From Lytechinus pictus (taxonomy: Eukaryota): a stretch of 64,000 nucleotides of DNA. Both the position numbers and the translations under genes were made by a program. The notes under the pieces are model-generated. The model had not been told where the DNA came from, searched no databases, and worked only from the letters and a program-made list of their open reading frames with translations. Of the stretch, positions 50,601 to 62,497 are shown piece after piece; the first letter of the stretch is position 1, and each line of letters opens with the position of its first letter. Where the stretch lies: positions 3,038,001 to 3,102,000 of the forward strand of contig NC_087246.1 of the NCBI RefSeq assembly GCF_037042905.1, written 5' to 3'.

Positions 50601-53600
50601 ACACTCAGGAATTTTAATCTTTTAAATAATTATGATCAGTTGATCCTATGTTTTCTGATAGTAAAAGAGGAGCCACATTAATAAAATAGTCATTGAATTG
50701 AGTTGCAACCTCTGCATCTTCAAGGGTGATTCCATTATTTTCAAAAGTAGTATGATTTGACCTTTTAGTTTTACCCAACATATTATTCAATATTTTCCAT
50801 GTTTTAGATGAGTTACCTTTGGTGTCTTTGAAAAGCTGATTATAGTATTTTTTCTTTGTTTTGCGTAGTTCTTTAGTAAAAATGTTTCTCAAAGACCTAT
50901 ATTTCTCTCTATTGCTATCGGAAGGGTTTTTAAGGTAGTTACGATACAATTTTAGTTTCTTCTTTGACAGGCATTTTAAATGTTTATTGAACCAAGGTTT
51001 ATTTAAAGAGCTTTTATGTTTAGCAGATATAATAGGAAAACATTCATTGTATAATTTAAGGAATATTGATAAAAATATATCATAACTACTATTTGGATCA
51101 TCATCATTAATAGGCCAGTTGACGGAAGAGAGTTTATGGTAAAAGGTTGCAATGGAAGTGTCTGAAATGGACCGTTTAGAATAAGCATTGCTAAGACTAT
51201 CTATTGAGGAAGGGATTTCAGTGATGATAAAAACAGGTAAGTGGTCACTTACATCGGAAACAAACACTCCATTCATTAAGTTATTTTCATCATTCGTTAA
51301 TATATTGTCTAGGAGGGTTGCAGTGTGACCAGTAATACGTGTGGGTACAGTTATTAGCGGCGTTAAAGAATTGGTATTAATACAGTCAGAGAAGTTCTTG
51401 GTGGTTTGAGAAGCATTCATATCATTGAGATCTATGTTGTAATCACCAAGCAAATAACATTTTTTGTGCTCGTTATTGACAATACTCAGAATACAATTCA
51501 TTTTACAAATAAAATCATCTACATTTCCTGAGGGAGGTCTATAAATTATACCAATAATATACCAAGAGCGTGAGTTATTGTTTGGTTTAACCTCTATAAA
51601 TATGGTTTCTAGAGATTCAAACATGTACGTTAAGTCTGGTCTCTGTTTATATGCTAGAGATTTATTAATATATACTGCAACTCCACCTCCCTGTTTACAT
51701 ATTCGATTATTCGTTAACATATCATAATTCTCCAAGTAATAAAGAGGTATATGTGAATTAGGTTTGAGCCATGTCTCAGAAAGGCCAATGATTGTAAATT
51801 TAAGGTCAATACTATTGAGAAATACTAATAAGTTTTCAAAGTTCTTTGGAACACTCCGACAATTAACGTGTAAAAGAGAAAACATATTCTTAGGATCTTC
51901 ATTTTTAAGGATATTACAATTATTAAACTGGTTTGGAGTATAGTAACAAGATTCAGAGGAATTGTTGCTGTCGTCAGCATACTGTAAATGTAACATTGTG
52001 TCAGTATCAATAGGTAAGGGATTTACAAACATTTTACAAATAAACACTTAGAATAGAAAAGTTGAAATGAACAAAATGTTTAAAACTAGCGAACGGTATA
52101 CTATGCAAAATTGAACCAAGAGGTGACAAAATATGAGTAAAACAGGCAAATTTCGTAGCAGTACACAAATTAGGATGTAAAAGTCTTTGGTAGACTTTTG
52201 TGAATAAAATGCTAATATGTATCTTATCAAAATGAACTTCAACCTACATGTAAGGGGCCCTAGGCCAAGCACAAACGAAGGATAGAGAAACGTGAAATAT
52301 TAGAGAATTATAGGTGGAGAGAGGGGAGAAGAAGCAGTTTGGTGTAGTCTGCAGGCACAGACCCTGATTGAAACTTTGATCAAAAAGTGGGTCTCCATGC
52401 AAAGACTAGCACATACAAAACTTCCTGTTTCAATTCCAAGGGCCTTCAGTACACAAGGCATTAATAGGCTGCACATTCAGACCCTTAACTCGAGTAAAGG
52501 GTTTGAATAGCAGACTAGTTTGGGTGAGGGACTCAGAGGGAGGGAGGTGGGGAGAAACTTGTACTAAATAGAGAAGGGAAGGGATGGAGGCTGTAAAGGG
52601 ACATTCATCCACGCGCAAAGATCACATGACTTCATTGATTGAAATGATTTAAATACCAAATGTCTACAAATCGAAATGTGAATGATAAAGATTATTCTAT
52701 GTTCATACTCTTTTTTAATTTGTGCCTTTGGAGAATTATAATTATTATCGCCTTTGCCGTTCCGGTTTTTCTCGCTGTGACCTGGCCACAATTATTGTTA
52801 GTCTGTTTCAGGCCATTTAACTTTTGTTTCAGCAGGACAAGTACCCAATTAATGTGCCTAGTTTAATTTTATTGTTTATTTTGATTGCTGTCAGTGAATT
52901 GTAATGAAATCTATATTAAAGGGATTGATTTTTGATGAATTTTTGATGAGCTGTGATTTAACATATTGAATGGGAGTCTGGATTACTCACGTGTGCCCCG
53001 AAACCAAAGTTTGGATGTACTCTTTGTAATTCTTTCATATTGACAGAAAAACAAGTGTACAAACATGTGTAGGCCTATATGTAGATGATTACTTTCCAAT
53101 GACAGGAAGTTTTGAAATGGTGTATCGATGAAAGTGTCATCCCAGTCCACTGATCATCTGTGTCAATGTAGCTGAATGCAGGTCTAAATGATTGCACAAT
53201 GTTAGAATTATGGTTATTGTTGAGGTCGAGAATGAAGTGCATGTATAGTGCCTTCTGATGATATCACTACATACATCAGTCAATAAAAGTCTGTTATAAT
53301 TTGGTCCCTATTGATATCTCATCTAATAACACTTTAAAAGTAACAAATAAGATATGTTTCAGGAAAGTGTTGCTGATCATTTTCAGTTTGAAGTGAAGAC
53401 CAGCACTTTTTTATGAATTGATGATGTCAGGGTCGAGAGTTTCAAGATGTGTGAGTTGCATGGCCTATGAATATTAAGGTTTAATAAAGGTAGAATGACT
53501 ATAGCAGGATCTCCTTTCATAAAGGGGTTTTCCAGGCTGAAAATAATATGACTTGAACAGATTAAGAAAAATCATACAAAAAAAAAACACTGGAAGTTTC

Positions 53601-56600
53601 ATAAAAATCGGACAAGGAATAACAGAGTGATGACATTTTAAAGATTTGCATTATTTTGGTGATATATCTCTATGCTTATCTTTATGAACATTCAATGAAC
53701 AAACTGATGATGTCTTATCCCCACTTGTTCTTATGTATTTATTACCATATATGAAATTATGTTTATTAAGAAAAAATCCTCCTTGAACTTAAAAATATTG
53801 GAATTACAACTGGGGAGAGCATTTCATCAACATTTATGTCCGACAAGTTGTCAGATCTGACAACTTTCCCCGATTCTGATTGGCTGAGAGGTACTGTTGC
53901 TATGGTAATTGTCGGATAAAACAGGACTTGTCGGATAAAATCCTTTCATGAAATGCTCCCCTGATTTAATGCATTAAATTGTAATTTTTCTTTGTTTCAG
54001 GACAGAAGTTAAAGTTCATGTTGAGGTAAAGTTAGATTGATCTAAGTTAGGAATATGAAACATTTTATCAACAATAATTGCAAAATTCAATGTTAGAATA
54101 AACAGGTTAGAGATTGTTATAGTTTCAATTGAACAACGTCACATGCAGTGATATTGATTTTATATACCTTCTAGAATCAACTCTTACTACATGTATCTTC
54201 AAAGAAGTGGAATTCAAAAAAGGAATAAGATGGAGAAGAAATCATGAACATATAATGTACAATCATTTAAAACATGTTTTTAAATTGTTTTTTTAGGTTC
54301 CAACAAATTAATTGTGTATACCTGCCTGAGTGAACTCACTTCCAGTAATCTAGAAGTAAAATAATGGTGCCCGGCTGCACGCAGTGAAAGTGAATTTGAG
54401 CATAAGAGAGACTGAAGAGAAATTTGTTCAATTGTGATTGAGTGTTCTGATAATGTGTCTTAACTTTGTTCCAAGTGTGTTTATTCTGGGCACTCAAAAT
54501 TGAAAGAAAATGTGAATATCATAAGAATGAGCAAATATAGATGTTGTGGAGTACATTTTCAGTGTACAAATTGAAAAGTTCTACTTTCATTGATCATGTT
54601 CTTTGGTCTCTCTGATTTCATACAAGCTGATATTATCCTAAGGCTTCATTTTCATTTAATAAGATTAACTACTAATCAGGATGACCTTTAATTAAGGGCC
54701 TCATTTACAACAGCTTACAGCTTTATCTATAACATTTGTCATTAACAGGTGGTAATAATACTTCATTATTAAACAATAGCCAGTTCATTCTATCTCTAGT
54801 TATTCATGATTAGAATGACATCTATAGCAGAATTTGTTATTCTTTGAAAACAGTTACATTGAAAGGACAGGTCCACCCCAACAAAAAGTTGATTTAAATA
54901 AAAAGAGAAAAATCCAACAAACATAACACTGAAAATTTTATCAAAATCGGATGTAAAATAAGTTTTGCTTAATTTCACAAAATAGTTATATGCACATCCA
55001 GGTCTGTATGCAAATGAGGAGACTGATGATGTCACTTATCATTTCTTTTGTATTTCATTATCTGAAATATTCTAATTTTCTCCTCATTGTCTTGTGAAAC
55101 AAAATTTTATTGCTCCCCGATCATGTGAAATTGCCATTGCCACTTAATGGTTCAGTCAAGTGAGGGGTATCATTGTGTCACGTGGAAAGTGACTTTTTTT
55201 TAATTATTTATCTACTGCTGCTTGACACCAAATAAAGAATATGTAAAACTGATGAATACAGTTATTAAAAAGATTTAATCAAATCTCTTTTGTCATTCTG
55301 TGGTTTCCTTTTGATTGGGTTTACCATAATTGTACATGAAAATATACATAGATATAACAAAATACAACTTAACTTAACGGTAATCGTCTCATCTCATCTG
55401 GCCTGACATGCCCCACTCGGCCCTGGTGGTCGGTCCAGTTCCTGGCCTCCGCAGCTAGCGATGTCTCTTCCACTCGGCCTCCGCAGACTGTGTTGCCCCT
55501 TGATGAGTAACCCCCAGATCAGAGAGATGTGGCTTCAACGAATTAGTGGACGAGATCGAGCCCCCAATGATGACATGAATTATGACGAATCATGTCGGTG
55601 GAGAACTGGTGGCAGCTGGGGTCGTTATCTCGTCACCGACGTAGTCCCTCAGTTTTAACTTGGACTGCCTATAATATCATCTGTAGTCTATTCTAGCTTA
55701 GGTGGTCCTCCCTGAATTACTTAATTTAACCTCCTAATATACCCTACCGTTACTAGGACTAACTGTAAAACTTCTATAAAGTAATTCAAAGAATTTCAAA
55801 TAACAGATGTGCATAAAGCAACACATTCTTATTGATAAAAAACACTTCCTGTGCATCTGTCAATTACATTCATAAATGCTAGAGCACTGTATTGGCTATT
55901 TATGACACCTGTATGAAAATGCTACACCTAGTAAGAAATATTTCTAGCACCGGTACAAAATATGACATCAACCTGGTACACTTGTACTCTAAGGGGGGGT
56001 ATCAAACGTTTCCAACGCTTGCTTTTAAAATATTCAAAACATATGTACATGCTTGTCTACAAGACAACCCTAACCTGGACAAGAAAATAGGTTGAACACA
56101 TGTTTAAACTGAAACATTCTATAATTAAATTTCTTTCCTGACACATTGATTCTCTCATTTGCATGTGACCTAATTGTGCATATAACTATTTTGTAAAAAA
56201 ATTAGCGGAACTTTAAAATGTCATAATTTTCTTATTCTACATCCGATTTTGATGAAATTTTCAGCATTATGCTTGTTTGATTTTCCTGTATTGATTCAAA
56301 TCAATACTTTTCTGGGGTGGATTTGACTTTTAAAGTAGGCAAGGGTAGTATGACAATTTGTATGAATCAGAATGAATGTAGAAAGCTTTATCTTCAGAAC
56401 GAAACAAACCTTATTAAGAATTTCCTCTTTTCCCCCCTTTTCTCAAAAAATGTATTCAATATGAATTTGATTTCAGGTTTCTGTTTCAAGTGTGCCTGAT
56501 TGACTGAACTAGGGGCAATACAATATTATTTTTATATGACATCCTTTTTTCATAAATTTTAATAAAATGGGTAATATAGAGTAACATGAACCAGATCTTT

Positions 56601-59600
56601 CATTTTGATATGATCTTCCCTCTTTCCTTTTCTTCCTTTTGTTTTTCTCTTTTTTTTTCTTGTTTTCCTATTTGAAAAATCATAGGGGGATTTGTCACCC
56701 TGAAGAATTGCCCCTGGATGAAATATCAAATTAATTATTTTTTAAATCAAATTACCGTGGTTTTACATGGAGCATTTGCCTCCTGATACCCGAAAATGAA
56801 ACTGGGGACTGGGTATGTAAGCTTTATGTTTGTATTACCAATAGTGAACAAATGGAAAGTATTTCTCCCTTGCAGTAAACTTTTCCATCCAATAGTAACT
56901 GGTATACAATCCTTGAGTTTGATTGGTTGTTGAGTATTGTATGGTAGTCACCATTAGCTGCCTAATTTACCTTAACATTTATATACAATGGAGCCAAGAT
57001 ATGGTGACATGCATGCATGAGTCTTTGTGCTAACAAATGTACCTTATGAATTGAACTCTTCCCAGGGAGTGGAGGTGGTGCACATCACATGAGAATGAAT
57101 CCATACAATACATTTAATCTTTTCCTGGTTATCAATATCACTATCCCTCCATATCTTGTAGCCATCTAAGGGTGCCTTTGTCATTATCATCATGGCTGTC
57201 TACTGGATATTTGAGATCCTACCCCTAGCTGTGACCTCCCTCCTACCAGTCATCCTCTATCCGCTGCTTGGAATCCAGGACTCAGATGATGTCTGCAGGA
57301 ACTACCTGAAGGATACTAACTTCTTGTTTGTTGGTGGGTTAATAATGGCAGTGGCTGTTGAACATTGGATGGTTCATCGGAGGTTTGCCCTTGGTGTTCT
57401 ACTCCTGATGGGATCAAAGCTCAGATGGTAAGAAAAGATCAATCATGCATTTACCTTTTTTGTATAGATCTGAGAACGTGAACTACTTTAGGATTCTTTA
57501 GGAAATTCTGTTTTCATACCGGTATCCTTATTCAGCCAATTAAAGTACATAGACTACAATAGGAATCAGCATGTGGTCGGTCAATCCTGTGCAAATCTTG
57601 CAGATCAAACTGCTCCCTCAGTTTTGCCCAATGCTCACAAGACTTTGCAATCACATTGGTCTTGGAGTGAAGATGTTCAAGACTGTTTTTTCACAAACTG
57701 CATTGCTATCATGGGAATATCACGTTATGGCAATATGTCAGGGACAGTCATACTACCTCAGTTTTCACCCATTAACATGAGATTTTGCACATACATTGAT
57801 CGTGGAGTAAAGATCTGTATTGAAAATGATGGAGATTCTCACGCTAACTTTACCTTATATTTATTCTCTTTGCATAGGTTGATGCTTGGGTTCATGATAG
57901 TGACAGCATTCTTGTCTATGTGGATTAGTAATACTGCTACCACAGCCATGATGGTACCTATTGCTCAGTCTGTAGTAATGCAAATCTTAGATCAACGGAA
58001 AGATGTGAGTTGGAGTTAGTTTGTTACGATAACATTTTCCAATGGCGATTTTGCCCATTCCCAGTATCCCTCTTTAATAAAGGATAAAGGAGTTTCATAT
58101 TTTACTTCATACCTTTAGAATACATTTACCAATCCACCCCTGGCAAATCATTCCAAGTCAGAATCTTTTCTTTCAACTTTACTTTGTGAATGAAATGTGG
58201 AATATTGAGAAATTCAGTCAGCTTATGAACATTGTAAAAAAATGTTCTTTATACCTCTGGGTCTTTTATAGATGAATATCAGTTTTGTATTGAAACCATA
58301 CATGAAGAAGCGTAACAACCGGAGCAAGAAAGTTGAGCGCTCACACCCATTGCAGGGGGTGAAGGGTTTTAGTTAGGGCTTGTAAAGGCAACAAGCATCA
58401 AATTGAGGGTTAAAATTTGTAATACTAGCAGCTTAAATGACCCGATTAAGCTAATTTTTTTTTGCACATTTTCTCGCAAGTCAGGGAAAATTTGTGCTGG
58501 GCGGCGAAGTGTTCTTTACCATGTGTGCCAGGTGCACTTAAGAGTATTTGGTAGGCCTGTCCAGCACCACCCCCCCCCCCTCCCCCCGGCATTGCAACAG
58601 CACTGATGAATATCTCTTTTTTTTCTATCAGATCAAGAGAAAGAAGGAAGCTGAAGCTGTTGCAATGAATTCTGATGACCTTAGCAATGAAAAAGGAATG
58701 CAGGTTGGTGAGACTGCATTCAATGGGCATATCAACACTGCTATGGATATGAGTGAAGAAAAATACAATGAAAAAGAGCTTATTGAAAGGTAAGAGAGAT
58801 ACGTCTCTTTCTTATAATGGGTAAACATCTTATCTGACCTTTTATCAGATGTATTTGGGACTTTTCACTTTTTAGATTTATATGTAAATTGAACATGTTA
58901 AGTAGGTATTATATCAGTCTTTAATGCTCAAATTAGAGACTTGCATTTGCATGTTTTCACCTAATTTTTTCCTGTTCTTTACTTCTTATAAAACCATAAC
59001 ACTGATGCTGACTGATACACTTTTTCAATATTGTATTGTAACAAATAGTTTTTGTTGGCCACTATTAGATTCATCGGCTCTTCTGTTGTACTTTCCATTA
59101 AGTTCTAGCATTGTGTCATGTTAATGTTTGCACATATTCATAGTATGAAATGTAAAAGAAAAATCTGTGACCATCCCAAAACTTGTTTAAAATACTGCAA
59201 TGGTATTCAAAAACATAATTAGCATGCCCCAGTAAAGAATAGCCATTGTAACCATCTGTATCATTTCATAAATTGCTTCCTTTAATACTTTAGTGATGTG
59301 CAATCAACAGATGTAGATAAAGAGGCTGAAACCAAAGATGATGAATCCAATGATGAAATTGACTATGATGCTATGTCTGATGCAGACAGGAAACTGTGTA
59401 AGGGGTTGCTGCTCTGTGTAGCATATGCAGCTAACATAGGAGGCACAGCTACCTTGACAGGAACAGGACCTAATGTGGTCCTGGGAGGCGTCGTAGATGA
59501 GTGAGTAAACACCAGAGGCCTATCCACATTTTTTATTCAAAACATGAAAACACATGATTTTAGGGCATTATTTGGAAAAAGAATCAATCTTGGTTGAGTG

Positions 59601-62497
59601 AAGAAGAAAAGTATTTTGTTCAGATTTGTGTACCACTACTAGGGTACAAACCTGCCAAACGTGCATTTAATAGTGACCACATCTTTACAGCGTCCACCTG
59701 TTTATAGTGACCACCTTTATGTTTGATTACATGAATCATCATGTGGAATTGAAGAGTAAAAATCAAGTGTATGGGATGGTATCCTAACTCTGTGCAGTGC
59801 TCTGTGTCTGCGCACATGTGTATCTACATGATACTAATAAAAATAAAGTCATGCGACAATCACAAACTTTACAACTGCAATAATTAGACATTTATTTACT
59901 TAAAAAATCCTAGTCAAAATGGTAAAATGATGTTAAATTCCAGGTATTTCATAACGTCCTCAAAACTCACCCATCCTCATCAAATTCCCTTAATTTCATT
60001 TTCAATCTCATTGTGTTACTTTTGTGAGAAAAACATATTTTTTGCTCTTATTTTTTTTGGGGGGGAGGGGGGGGTGCAATTTTACTCTTAGGCTTAGGAA
60101 TAAGAAACAATATGAAATATTATTGGGGGAAATATAATGAAATTCATGGTTGTTTTGTTAGGAGCACAGACAGGGACCACCCCCCCCCCCCTTCATGCAG
60201 TTATAACTTATTATAATTAAGGGTAGTAGGCCCTGGAAGACTTGAACTGTTGTTAAGAGTTTCTCCAGGGGGTTAAGATTTCTTTTTCCTTTATGAGAAA
60301 GGTAGGTGGTGTATTGATAACAGCATGTTTTTGTTATCCATCCCTCCCCCCATATGTATTTTGCGACACTTTGTTGGGCTTTTGCTATAAAGATTTACTT
60401 TAAATGAACTGCAGACTAATGATAGTCGCAATAAATAAATTGAAATGAATTGAATTGACATATTAATGTTCATGTTTATATCTATTGAATAAACATTTAA
60501 ATGGAGCTATTAAAGTAATAACAAGCTCACTTTTAAACAAGTTTTACACCAGTATTGACCTTGAATGCCCCTTTTGCTGGCCTCAATCATCCTCTCAATA
60601 GCATATGCCATTTTGTAATTTTTCTATTTGTGCTGTAATATAGAAATGTAGCCTTCCCTCAAAATATGTAAAAATTAAAGGTCCGATAATGCGTGTGTGC
60701 ATGGCTAAATATTCTAAACATATGATGTCTACATTTCTTCCTATTAACGTTACAATGGGGCTTAGTAGAGAATATGTTACAAACTTATAGACAGGAAGAT
60801 AAATTACTCCCCTCCCCATCACATAATTTTGTCATACAGATATTGGCCTGTATTACAATTTTGATTAACTTGATTTACAAGTTTCCACAATCAATGGAGC
60901 CAATGTGTGACGTAGATCCCTTGCGTTCACTATTCTATTTATGATTGTTTCGGTACCAATATTCAGTTTAGGACCACTGTCAAATAATAATTATTTTCAA
61001 GTGCATGAGGAGCACACAAGTGTAGATTGATTTCAAAATTGACTACAAATAGTGAATTATTCAATATCTTGATAGTACACCTTTATTGGTGCAAGCCAAA
61101 GACGTTATCAGCATTATCTTTCATAGTAGTTTGAAATGACGCATAAGAGAAGAAAATTCAAAGGTCAGAAGAGCTAACAATTTTGACACCCCCTCTACTT
61201 TTGCCTTGTCAATATTTGCTAAGTAAACGTCGTAAAAGAAAATGTGACAAAATAACTCAGATGGTATTGAGTACCATAACAACTCAAGTTCTATTGTAGC
61301 GTTTGCTGTCAAATAGGTTAGAATATGTACTGGAAAAAGACAATTTTACTTGTTTCACTATTGGCACCATTGTTCCTTATCTTCAGTGTCACAATTTCCT
61401 CACATGACTTTCTGAAAAGTAGTATTTCCTTTAAAATGTGTTTATGTGATTGTGTAGATGCTCTCTATTTGAATGGGGTCAAATGATTTGTTTCTTCTTT
61501 GGTCTCTTTTTACAGTTCTTTCTTCATCACTCAGTCCCCCTTCCTGTCTTCCACTTTCTTCAAACATCTATTACTCCAAGTGGAGTGAACTTTCATAATT
61601 ATTATCTAATCTTCTTTTTAAGGTTATATGGGGACGAAGCAGGTGTAACATTTGCCAGTTGGATGTTGTTTTCTATTCCTGGGACCCTAATCAATCTTGT
61701 GTTCTGCTGGCTATGGCTACAAGTCATCTTCATTGGATTTAGGTAAGGATTGATTCTACAATGCATGACATAGTACATAATGCAGAGAAATAAAGGGATT
61801 GAGAAAGGGGAATTGTATTTTAAATGAAGAAAAGTTTTCCAGCTACTGGTTCCAACTTAAAAAGTGTAATAAAAATAATTATTGTGATAAGATAGGGAGA
61901 ATGATAATGATGCTATTAATTGTCATATATGATTTGATGTGTTTACCTGCAACCGTACCATTCTTTCAGACGCAACACTGGTTCTACTGAAGAAAGTACT
62001 AAGGAGGAAGAGAAGGCTGCCAGACAGGTTATTAAACAAGAATATAAAAAACTTGGACCATGGACGTGAGTAAATTACTACCACCTGTCAACTTTGTCAT
62101 TTCTGCACAATTATACCTACATCACTTGATTCAGGTACATAATATAACTTTGCAAGAATACTGGATGTTTATTTGTCACAAACGATGCTGAAATCATAAA
62201 AGCAATTGTGAATCATATTTCATCCATGCTAATTTTGGAGAAAATCTAAAGTTGATTAATGCAATAATTGTAATCAGCAATGCATTTAATAGTGGATTTG
62301 TGATAAGTATGATGATGAAAACACATTTATTAGGTTATTTTGATAATGCTAATATCTGTTTCCTTTGATTTATATTCTAGATGGGGTCAAATTGCAGTGC
62401 TGTGCCACTTCATTGTTTTAGCCATGCTGTGGATTTTCAGAAACCCAACGTTTATCCCTGGTTTTGCTGGCTGGTCTGGCCTCTTCCCAGTTCCAGG
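38464..62497 (+). CDS. SLC13-family Na+-dependent di/tricarboxylate (or sulfate) cotransporter, 5' part; join(38464..38667,44014..44075,47420..47519,57162..57427,57878..58004,58632..58789,59294..59500,61623..61742,61970..62065,62381..62497...)
   Basis: Ten phase-consistent GT-AG exons. SLC13/DASS motifs: [120 protein letters not shown]. The gene continues past the right edge. Exons 1-2 rest on splice/phase logic rather than homology. SLC13A2/3/5-like; paralog not resolvable. Confidence 0.9.
38848..39565 (-). mobile_element. Truncated, inverted, diverged copy of the internal region of the adjacent hAT-like element
   Basis: 39192-39565 is the imperfect reverse complement of about 40240-40605, and 38848-38930 of about 41600-41683. 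Confidence 0.7.
39963..41950. mobile_element. Non-autonomous hAT-like transposon
   Basis: TIRs CAGGGTGACCAGA / TCTGGTCACCCTG; perfect 8-bp TSD ACCAAAAT (39955-39962, 41951-41958). Confidence 0.85.
40603..41271 (+). mobile_element. Helentron/DINE-1-like element (HINE) nested in the hAT-like element
   Basis: Inserted in a T run; subTIRs GTCTCACCTGCAT (40606) / ATGCAGGTGAGAC (41237); 5' partial inverted repeat GTGAGAC, (GGC)n microsatellite, internal tandem repeats of about 170 bp, 3' end CTTGTT. A 5' fragment of the same family lies at about 24026-24100. Confidence 0.72.
42258..42352 (+). promoter_or_regulatory. CCAAT-box cluster; candidate internal promoter of the SLC13 gene
   Basis: CCAAT at 42258 and 42297, ATTGG at 42348, in non-repetitive sequence of intron 1. 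Confidence 0.3.
44014..44075 (+). CDS. SLC13 putative exon 2
   Basis: tctttctccAG|[22 protein letters not shown]|GTAAGT; phase 0 to 2 bridges exons 1 and 3. Confidence 0.7.
45273..45432. mobile_element. Short hAT-like MITE with 6-bp TSD
   Basis: TIRs CAGGGGTGTGAG / CTCACACCCCTG; direct flank TAAATA on both sides. Confidence 0.72.
46114..46853 (+). repeat. Intronic minisatellite, 11 copies of a 66-68 bp unit
   Basis: Unit GTCTTTGTGTTTTTACAGTCCTTTATGAATGGGATATGATAACTTATGTCTGAGACTGCCCTTTAAT; TCCTTT starts at 46135, 46201, 46267, 46333, 46400, 46467, 46534, 46601, 46668, 46736, 46802; no spacers. Confidence 0.97.
47420..47519 (+). CDS. SLC13 exon 3 (TM1)
   Basis: [33 protein letters not shown]|GTAAGT. 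Confidence 0.88.
47585..47850. mobile_element. Foldback/palindromic MITE
   Basis: TAGTGGGTTTCATGGTACTCCATGTGTCTTT... pairs with ...AAAGATACATGGAGTACCATGAAGCCCACTA; arms continue to the CACCCAAACTC / GAGTTTGGGTG pair; TA at both ends. Confidence 0.72.
47874..49287. mobile_element. Non-autonomous hAT (Charlie-like) transposon carrying nested MITEs
   Basis: Imperfect TIRs CAGGGGTTCTCAA / TTGAGAATGGCTG; perfect 8-bp TSD CTTTAGAA (47866-47873, 49288-49295); sub-terminal GTGGCGC repeats. Confidence 0.8.
48710..48878. mobile_element. Nested MITE with 5-bp TSD
   Basis: TIRs CAGGGGCCGCGGAA / TTCCGCGGCCCCTG; direct flank ATTTG on both sides. Confidence 0.78.
49881..52560 (-). mobile_element. Internally deleted CR1/L2-group LINE (endonuclease kept, RT missing)
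   Basis: ORF 50614-52047 has APE endonuclease motifs ([46 protein letters not shown]) and the linker, then jumps to the ORF2 C-terminus ([23 protein letters not shown], 50300-50620). The 3' UTR ends AATAAAT(GAATT)n. The 5' boundary is approximate. Confidence 0.88.
50614..52047 (-). pseudogene. LINE ORF2 AP-endonuclease domain fragment (477 aa)
   Basis: Uninterrupted ORF with a full EEP/APE motif set, truncated before the RT domain. Confidence 0.85.
53813..53960. mobile_element. PIF/Harbinger-like MITE
   Basis: TIRs GGGAGAGCATTTCAT / ATGAAATGCTCCC; TSD CTG; inserted in a Kolobok-like remnant. Confidence 0.68.
57162..57427 (+). CDS. SLC13 exon 4
   Basis: [29 protein letters not shown]...LLMGSKLR. 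Confidence 0.93.
57878..58004 (+). CDS. SLC13 exon 5 (first SNT motif)
   Basis: [42 protein letters not shown]. Confidence 0.93.
58632..58789 (+). CDS. SLC13 exon 6 (loop)
   Basis: [16 protein letters not shown]...EKELIE; phase 0 to 2. Confidence 0.85.
59294..59500 (+). CDS. SLC13 exon 7
   Basis: ...[36 protein letters not shown]. Confidence 0.93.
61623..61742 (+). CDS. SLC13 exon 8
   Basis: [39 protein letters not shown]. Confidence 0.92.
   Translation, partial: VIWGRSRCNICQLDVVFYSWDPNQSCVLLAMATSHLHWI
61970..62065 (+). CDS. SLC13 exon 9
   Basis: [31 protein letters not shown]. Confidence 0.9.
62381..62497 (+). CDS. SLC13 exon 10
   Basis: [38 protein letters not shown]. Confidence 0.9.

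Noticed and set aside
50614-52047. YADD motif near the N-terminus (LQYADDS) as an RT active site
   Set aside because: It lies upstream of the endonuclease domain with no other RT motifs; a chance match.
57573-57877. Upstream part of the 148-aa ORF as SLC13 coding sequence
   Set aside because: Homology starts only after the acceptor at 57877; the upstream part is open intron sequence.
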